DNA of 64,000 nt from a virus. The DNA lies in the IMG/VR virus record IMGVR_UViG_3300042922_000923, positions 32,001 through 96,000 of that record; one strand, given 5' to 3'. Made by a program: the position numbers and the translations under genes. How positions within the stretch are numbered: position 1 is the first letter of the stretch; every line of letters begins with the position of its first letter. A model generated the notes under the pieces. It saw only the letters and a program-made list of their open reading frames with translations, was not told the origin of the DNA and searched no databases. Below, piece by piece: positions 58,701 through 64,000 of this stretch.

Positions 58701-59028
58701 TCTCTAAAGCATTTATTTGACCTTGTATACTTTGAGAAGTTTTATTGTCAGAAGCTCTTTGAGATTGCTCAAGTTGCCTGTCATATTCTTCAATAGTACC
58801 TTTTAAGTTATCAATGCTGCTTTGCATTGAGTTAACTAAAGAATTATATGCATCTTGAAATTTTCTTGTAGCATCATCTATTTCTCTTGAACTTCCTGAT
58901 ATCGAGTCTCCAGAGGAAAATCCACTAGCTTTTTGAAGCTTATCAAATTCTTCTTCTAATCTTTTTAATTCTGATTCAGCTTCCCTAACATCAGCTGATA
59001 CATTCAACCTAATATCGTTACTAGCCAC
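55702..59028 (-). CDS. Tape measure protein with lytic transglycosylase (SLT) domain
   Basis: Long helical/Gly-rich body; QESGG, GAYGLMQI, AAYNAG, ET..Y. Confidence 0.9.
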   Translation of the reverse strand: MASNDIRLNVSADVREAESELKRLEEEFDKLQKASGFSSGDSISGSSREIDDATRKFQDAYNSLVNSMQSSIDNLKGTIEEYDRQLEQSQRASDNKTSQSIQGQINALETQRQQLQETMRVADDMYRKQQDLFNNMHNTSGSGGSGGFGGGGNTGGTNTTDFGGGNRNLPVPYTPPPSQDNTNPNSPGGGSGGSGGLSIGDLFGGYMGISATRHIFGALNSGYDLMDRDERLAYNTVQKTGDYGSDYKQARKDIEQLARNTSHTMSESAQVASTYETIGGVTNTKNSLADVDAFQKFGRAYAVDANQLASVAGNMNKIGATNEGEQQKFAGMIAESIKQQNMSGRESELIESTNQLAQSVASAKTTVNNSDLTGIMAMQNMFGEMSPQLRGSQGANVLSSMNSNIQNADNGMQILLGRNSEFTGPEGMLSLRRQMEKGISDPQNLARILQNSEKLAGGNKSYQEMILMDKLGISSSVADQLLSDSNYDDLKSGKKAQSEIEKITSSNGDLDSKYDTYNNSGVRRRDAYRANKENSSKAVGDIEDSIVTPWQNTYNNSSVGGQIAMNALSGAAGIGMYSIGSKLLSGLFKGKFKNPFGGAGGAASEAAEAESFTTKGLGFMGDASVGAEAAGGFGDVLSKAGKIIGKGAPIVSGLFSAYDEYSSTKANGGSDGEAVAKGAGAGIGGGLGAWGGAEAGAAIGAFGGPIGAGIGGIIGGIAGAFGGSHIGSSVSGNLYNDVSKLEGSGSSSSSTGSVVSERIDQQKQWKDILQTESDVVKRREDLNKDSQKSANADGTSSFWNNSSSANNITQQFQPKKEKSLLDEIGDWFSNLFGGGSDSDSGTSTKSINGGMNGNSKLGSGGSGWSNVNQWDKMVQKSAKEYGVDPNLIKAVMMQESGGNKDSVSSAGAYGLMQITSDSAETSGMNWNQVKNDPQANINAGASELARDLKANNGDIKLALAAYNAGQGAVNTGKYLGYKETMDYIQKVPKYYEELQNSASKYAIGAKSLSNDGLIYAHKGEKVVPANENPDNPANVSTASLLGDISGGSNVTSRSSNISGSLNLTITVNGTGFSKEQQGNVANAAIQVINNNQPQLLNLLSNGMTREVN

Positions 59029-59031
59029 TTT

Positions 59032-59397
59032 TTACACCTCCATAAAGTCATCATCAAAGAAATTATCATCATCAAGCTCTTGGGTAGTTTTATCAGATGA
59101 TACTACTTGAGCACTAGGTTTAAACTTAAATCCTAGTTCATCCATTTTTTCAGAGTTATCTTGTTTATCTACTTTATCAAATTCTTCATCAAATTCAGGA
59201 TCGTAGAAATAATTTTCTAGTTTGCTTAACTTTTCTGGATCATCAGCTATATCAGCATATAGCATAAAATCAATTTGTTCTCTAGTTAAGCTTTGTATCC
59301 TTTCATCATTTATCGGTATTTGAAACATCTTCATGATTCTCCACAGATCTTTCATCTGAGGAAGTTTTACTATCTCCAGCATTGGTACTTGTTGCAT
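59032..59397 (-). CDS. Tail assembly chaperone, frameshift-extended part
   Basis: +1 frame relative to upstream chaperone; no clear RBS. Confidence 0.75.
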   Translation of the reverse strand: MQQVPMLEIVKLPQMKDLWRIMKMFQIPINDERIQSLTREQIDFMLYADIADDPEKLSKLENYFYDPEFDEEFDKVDKQDNSEKMDELGFKFKPSAQVVSSDKTTQELDDDNFFDDDFMEV

Positions 59398-59758
59398 TTG
59401 TTCTACGAAAGGTATTGTTCCAAGCTTTATAATTATTGTAGATAGCTAAAAGCACTTCATAGGAATCTAGAGTAGCTATATTAAACCATTCAGGAGCCTC
59501 CTTTACTACAACTGATAATGTTGCTGTAATGTATGATATATTATCTGTTATTGTATCTAATGAAGCTATAGCAGCACCATTTAAATATTTAGCTCTACGT
59601 ACACCAATTTCCATTTCATCAAGTAATGAAGGGTGTTTAACCTTGAAGTGACCTTTAAATTCAAACATATCTATGTCAAATTCAAATTCCTTTTTATTAG
59701 AATTTTTTACTGCTGTTGCAGCAGCTACGGTTTTTAAAATTTCATCTCTTTCATTCAT
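59306..59758 (-). CDS. Tail assembly chaperone
   Basis: Between tube and tape measure; PS....IG...YL.G, ATL.VV....PEW. Confidence 0.8.
   Translation of the reverse strand: MNERDEILKTVAAATAVKNSNKKEFEFDIDMFEFKGHFKVKHPSLLDEMEIGVRRAKYLNGAAIASLDTITDNISYITATLSVVVKEAPEWFNIATLDSYEVLLAIYNNYKAWNNTFRRTNATSTNAGDSKTSSDERSVENHEDVSNTDK
59405..59413 (-). other. Putative +1 programmed frameshift site ACC UUU CGU
   Basis: UUU->UUC slip joins chaperone to open +1 frame (TTC GTA GAA CAA ATG...). Confidence 0.6.
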
Positions 59759-59779
59759 TATTAATTCCTCCTAATAAAA

Positions 59780-59803
59780 TAAGCATTCTTTTCAGAATGC
59801 TTA
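59780..59803 (-). terminator. Hairpin after tail tube gene
   Basis: TAAGCATTCT/AGAATGCTTA. Confidence 0.55.
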
Positions 59804-59858
59804 CTGTTTTCTTTATAAATAATATCTAATTGACTAACACATTGATTTCTTCATGACT

Positions 59859-60356
59859 TTATGCATATAAAGTTACTGAGTCTGTATCATAGGTTCCATC
59901 ACCACGAACACCATTAACAATACTTGAATCAGTGTCTGTATTATCAGAACAAGTTAAGTATTGGAATGTAGCATTTTCACCACAGATAGCATTAACTTTA
60001 AATACTTCAGAGTAGTCAGAAATTGTACAGCCTCTATATACTCTTACTATATTTCCAGTTGTTTTATCAAAAACCTCAATGTCAATTACATCTTTTCTTA
60101 GAACCTCTTCTCCAAGTGGTGCAACTCCAATATCATTTAAAGATTGTTTTTTAACTAAAAATCTATCTAAAGTTGCAGTACCTTCATATCTTAAATTGAT
60201 GTGTTCTTGGGGCATTATAGATCCAATTTCATATACACCTTGTGTTCCAAAGCTTCTACGACCATTTAAACCTTGTGCTCTACCTACTATAACTCCACCA
60301 ATTTTAATATAAATTGTTTGTCCAGAATGAACCTTTTGATTTAAGACAGTAGCCAT
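59859..60356 (-). CDS. Tail tube protein
   Basis: VGRAQ...RSFGTQGVYEIGSIMPQEH..L.YEG (SPO1/Twort-type). Confidence 0.92.
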   Translation of the reverse strand: MATVLNQKVHSGQTIYIKIGGVIVGRAQGLNGRRSFGTQGVYEIGSIMPQEHINLRYEGTATLDRFLVKKQSLNDIGVAPLGEEVLRKDVIDIEVFDKTTGNIVRVYRGCTISDYSEVFKVNAICGENATFQYLTCSDNTDTDSSIVNGVRGDGTYDTDSVTLYA

Positions 60357-60393
60357 TGACTTTCACATCCTTTCTAGCATCAAAAAATTAGAA

Positions 60394-62439
60394 TTACGCT
60401 GTAATTTGATCTGCTGTATAGAAATGTCCAGATATTAACGCAAAGTTAACTGGTTCAACTGGAGCAGCACCATAATCAACATAAATTACTCTGTTCTCAT
60501 ATTTAACACTGACATTCTTATAAGCAACGATTACGTTGTCTCTAATCTTTTGTTGTAAAAAGCTTATAGTTAGGTTTTTGATGGATTCTACGTTAGTAAC
60601 AACACCTTTTTTACCTATTATTTCATCTTCTATTTTTGTTCTTAATTCTTTATTTAAACTGTCAGCTAAGTCTCTTACAGAGCGTTCAGTATATAACGAA
60701 ATAGTGTCATTGGTATAAGTTGTGATATCTTGAGCTAGTCTATATCCTTTATTAATTACGTATTCAAATGTGGCAACACCTGAAGTAAGTAAAGAATTTA
60801 CTTCTGTCGGATTTAAGTTCTTTTCAAGGCTTACAACGTTAAAGTAATCAAATGTTGCAGCTTCTCCAATAGGAAGGTAAGCTTGTCTTCCAGCCAACAT
60901 TGCAGCTGATATAAATGGTGGATATAACTCTTGTTCTCCGTATTCATTAGTATCATAGAATCCTGGGTAAGCAAGTTGAACTCTATCAGAAGAGTAATTT
61001 AATGCTCTAGCTTGAGTTTGCTCAACACTTTCTCCAGCATTTCCACCTACCTTTAAGGATCTTTCTCTTCCCATACTTGAACTTACATAATTAACATGCT
61101 CTTTAGCTTCAGCTATTATTGCTTCATCCCCAGTTAAAGGAACAATATAGTTAACATCATAAGTGCTTAATAAGTCAAAATAAGAAAGCCAGCTTGAAGG
61201 AGTTATACCATCACTACCCCCACTTAGATTTATATAATCAAAGTTTTTAGGTGGTCCTGATACATAAGTAGTACGATTAAATCTAACTAGTTTAGATAAA
61301 CTGTTTAACTGGATTTCTAAGTCCTTCCAGATAGAACATAATAAAAATTCATCTTTTGTAATATCCTTAGAATCTACAACATCTAAGTCAGTTGCTTTTA
61401 TTCCTGAACTAACAACTGCATAGGATCTACAAGAATAATTTTCATACTGTGAAATATAATCAACTAAGTCTCTTATACCTGAAAATCTAGAATCAGTTAA
61501 GTCAATTTGTAAATCTTCAATAGAATGACTTTCATCAACTCCTATTTTTGTAGTTAGCGAAATAGCTTTACCAGCATCATCGTGTTCTACATTTACAATT
61601 GCATAAGGTTGAGTTCCTGTGTATCTTAGATAGAAACAAGCTCCCATATTATCAAGAACTTCTATTGTAGAGTCTTCATAATAATTAGTTGTAAACATCT
61701 TAGTACCAGGTTTTGTACCATCTTCCATTTTGCACTGTATCTTTTTAGTCCAAGCACCATAGTCTTCAGAAACAATAGTTCCTACAACTGTATTATCCTT
61801 TTTACTCTTAGCTGTTATTTTCCAAACACTGTTTTGGTTATAAGATCCAGCTCCAAAAGTTACTTTAATACCATTTTCAATATCAACTGCTGAACTATCA
61901 GAAGGAACAGTTATCTTTTCTGCTTTCCAGTTTTCTCCACTATATCTCCATCCAAAAGTAACATTACTCAAACTAGCTGAATCAGCTGAGTCAATTATAA
62001 TTTCTATAGTTACATCAGATGTTCCAGTATAGGTACCACTTGAAGTAACAGTGCCAGTACTAGTATTAGTCTCGGCCTTTACAGCAGGTCCAATACTTGC
62101 TACTACAGGTATTTCATCACCTATTGGTAATGATGATTGGATAGCTTGATTTGCTCTAATACATGCTATTGTATAAGCACCTTCAGAACTAGAAGTAGGT
62201 CCCCAAGCCTTTTGAGCAGCTTTTAATAAGTATCCACCCTTTAGAGTCTTCTTTGCAGCAGTTGGATCAGTAAACCACATAACTTCACCAGGTATTCCAC
62301 CCTTTGAAGTTCCAATTAATGCAACAATTTTTTGACTTCCTGTAGACATTGAACTCATGGAACTTGCATCTATTCCTCCATATGCACCTGGATGAATAAC
62401 CCATCTTCCGTTAAAATATATTCCATTAGTAGTAGCCAT
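60394..62439 (-). CDS. Contractile tail sheath protein
   Basis: IGTSKGG.PG, L.GG.DG..P.SW, YIVPLT, QDITTY. Confidence 0.93.
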   Translation of the reverse strand: MATTNGIYFNGRWVIHPGAYGGIDASSMSSMSTGSQKIVALIGTSKGGIPGEVMWFTDPTAAKKTLKGGYLLKAAQKAWGPTSSSEGAYTIACIRANQAIQSSLPIGDEIPVVASIGPAVKAETNTSTGTVTSSGTYTGTSDVTIEIIIDSADSASLSNVTFGWRYSGENWKAEKITVPSDSSAVDIENGIKVTFGAGSYNQNSVWKITAKSKKDNTVVGTIVSEDYGAWTKKIQCKMEDGTKPGTKMFTTNYYEDSTIEVLDNMGACFYLRYTGTQPYAIVNVEHDDAGKAISLTTKIGVDESHSIEDLQIDLTDSRFSGIRDLVDYISQYENYSCRSYAVVSSGIKATDLDVVDSKDITKDEFLLCSIWKDLEIQLNSLSKLVRFNRTTYVSGPPKNFDYINLSGGSDGITPSSWLSYFDLLSTYDVNYIVPLTGDEAIIAEAKEHVNYVSSSMGRERSLKVGGNAGESVEQTQARALNYSSDRVQLAYPGFYDTNEYGEQELYPPFISAAMLAGRQAYLPIGEAATFDYFNVVSLEKNLNPTEVNSLLTSGVATFEYVINKGYRLAQDITTYTNDTISLYTERSVRDLADSLNKELRTKIEDEIIGKKGVVTNVESIKNLTISFLQQKIRDNVIVAYKNVSVKYENRVIYVDYGAAPVEPVNFALISGHFYTADQITA

Positions 62440-62442
62440 GTA

Positions 62443-62649
62443 TTATCCCTCCTTTAAATCTCTATTTTTATATTCAAAAAGCTTTTGGTTCCAATTATCT
62501 CTGGATAGATATTTATGCTTTCGTGTGTATGCTCTAAAGCCAGCAATTTCTTCGACTCTTAGATTCTTGCTTTTAACGAACTCGTCTAGACTTATCAATC
62601 TTTTACTTTTTTCTATGACTATATCTTGATCTTGCTTTTTAGTTCCCAT
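62443..62649 (-). CDS. Small conserved virion-module protein
   Basis: ISLDEFV...AGF..Y. Confidence 0.65.
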   Translation of the reverse strand: MGTKKQDQDIVIEKSKRLISLDEFVKSKNLRVEEIAGFRAYTRKHKYLSRDNWNQKLFEYKNRDLKEG

Positions 62650-62676
62650 AGATAATCAATCTCCTTCCATATAACC

Positions 62677-63528
62677 CTAATCTCCTTTGCTTACTATGCT
62701 TTTGTCATTCTCATACAGATGCTGAGTAACAACAATCTTATCAATTTCATAGAAAATATTCTTAATTTCCTCGTTATCATAGTAATTTTCTATTGATCCA
62801 GTTAATAAGAGAGATCTTCTAAAAATAAACGTTGGCATGTAATCTGGAATAGGTTCTAAGTCTGAACCTCTTATGATAGGATTAAGTAATCCGTTTTCTA
62901 TTAATAACTGTCGCTTGTACAACATAATAAACTTTAAGAGATGGTACATATACACTACTAAATTACTATTGTCGGCCCAGCATTCAATTCTATAGCTAAA
63001 CTCCATGAGAGTACCTGATTTGCATATATTATCTTGTGTGTATCCTATAGTGGCTTCAACTGTATCATCAACATCTGAGTACTCGTTGAGTATGATTCTA
63101 CCTTTTACATTTGGATCATAAGCACATTCCTGTATTTCTTTTCCATTAGTAAGATTAGTTATAACGTCAACGCTCACAATGTCCTCTAAATTGGTATCTA
63201 TATATAAATTTCCTGAGTCATCTTTTTTAACTTGATACTCATTGGTTATAGATACAACGTCTGAGCTATTTTCTAAAAATTCTCCTAGTGACTCAGGATT
63301 TTCATTTTCTTCACCTAGCATAATGCAGTAACAAGGGAATTTTTGAGATGTTCTAGGAAAATTTTTTATAACATCAATATCATTATTTTCAATAAATTCC
63401 CTCAAGTCTTTGCTATAAGTAGTGTTAGAATAACTAAAGATTTTTTCTATTATCTGTGGATTTGCTTTAAGTAAAGCAAGGGTAGTTACTATCGTATTTT
63501 CTAGTAATTCCTCTACTATAGGAATCAT
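62677..63528 (-). CDS. Neck/tail-completion protein
   Basis: Position before sheath; I.LGEENE...LG, F.RSL. Confidence 0.7.
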   Translation of the reverse strand: MIPIVEELLENTIVTTLALLKANPQIIEKIFSYSNTTYSKDLREFIENNDIDVIKNFPRTSQKFPCYCIMLGEENENPESLGEFLENSSDVVSITNEYQVKKDDSGNLYIDTNLEDIVSVDVITNLTNGKEIQECAYDPNVKGRIILNEYSDVDDTVEATIGYTQDNICKSGTLMEFSYRIECWADNSNLVVYMYHLLKFIMLYKRQLLIENGLLNPIIRGSDLEPIPDYMPTFIFRRSLLLTGSIENYYDNEEIKNIFYEIDKIVVTQHLYENDKSIVSKGD

Positions 63529-63538
63529 AATTATCACC

Positions 63539-64000
63539 TCAAAAACCAAATACTTGGTTTATATATTTTTTAACAGTAGATTCTAGTATTGAACTTGCTG
63601 AGGGTTCCATCTGGTCTAATAAATGAACTCCTGTGAATCCAGGATGAATCCATGATGTTGGATCAGATTTATCTGAAACTCTTCTCCACGTCATGTAAGA
63701 ATTTTTTCCTGAAGAGGTACTAACTTTAGTTAGATAATCAAAGGTTGAAGCAGAGTATTGATATCCTGTCCATGATTCAGTTGAACCTTGATTAGTTCTA
63801 AGGACTCCCCATGCAGGCAACTTTTTAGCTTGAGTATATACAGAATTGCTAAGAGATGAACTGAAATTTGTTGAGTTTGGAGTACCTTGTCGCATAGGAA
63901 TATCAATATACCAGCCTCCAGATTTTGAAAACTTAACTTTAGCACTTTGAGAAAATAGAATTTTCAAATCATAAGGTGGACTTCCTTTTTCAAGCTTAGT
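63539..64000 (-). CDS. Neck/head-tail protein, 3' part (runs off window)
   Basis: PYDLK...GGWY..IP.R, WRRVSDKSDP.SWIHPG. Confidence 0.75.
   Translation of the reverse strand, partial: TKLEKGSPPYDLKILFSQSAKVKFSKSGGWYIDIPMRQGTPNSTNFSSSLSNSVYTQAKKLPAWGVLRTNQGSTESWTGYQYSASTFDYLTKVSTSSGKNSYMTWRRVSDKSDPTSWIHPGFTGVHLLDQMEPSASSILESTVKKYINQVFGF

Noticed and set aside
2749-62629. Numerous short opposite-strand or nested ORFs in the ORF track (e.g. 2749, 14635, 19792, 28145, 33744, 36019, 57038)
   Set aside because: Shadow ORFs overlapping well-supported genes, without RBS or recognisable motifs

Overview
AT-rich, gene-dense 64 kb segment of a large contractile-tailed (myovirus) phage genome with Herelleviridae-like (SPO1/Twort/Bastille-type) gene content. 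The host is most likely a Clostridium, inferred from the low GC, choline-binding-type lysin repeats, sporulation-type sigma factor and clostridial NdpA/Rep-like genes. Right to left on the minus strand are neck, tail sheath, tube, frameshifting tail chaperones, tape measure-SLT, NlpC/P60 hub, baseplate, adsorption protein, beta-helix tailspike and lysis genes. A plus-strand block (23.9-36.5 kb) carries sbcD, sbcC, DHH phosphoesterase, primase, CYTH and dUTPase. Minus-strand small early genes then lead to SF2 and DnaB helicases, RecU, two sigma-like proteins, HU, a UDG-fused family A DNA polymerase and SSB. Four things stand out. (i) A complete-looking antisense-RNA-controlled plasmid-type replicon with paired DnaA boxes is inserted between sbcD and sbcC. 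Together with a Rep_3 gene and two RepL-like paralogues (one fused to GIY-YIG) beside palindromic repeats and hairpins, this suggests a phage-plasmid. (ii) A ~260 nt structured RNA leader precedes SSB. (iii) A ~58 bp tripartite promoter-like motif occurs 10 times, often with an embedded sequence-variable hairpin. (iv) An inverted NdpA + nuclease island sits inside the baseplate operon. No tRNA, rRNA or CRISPR array was seen. All family assignments are from motif recognition by eye, with no database search.
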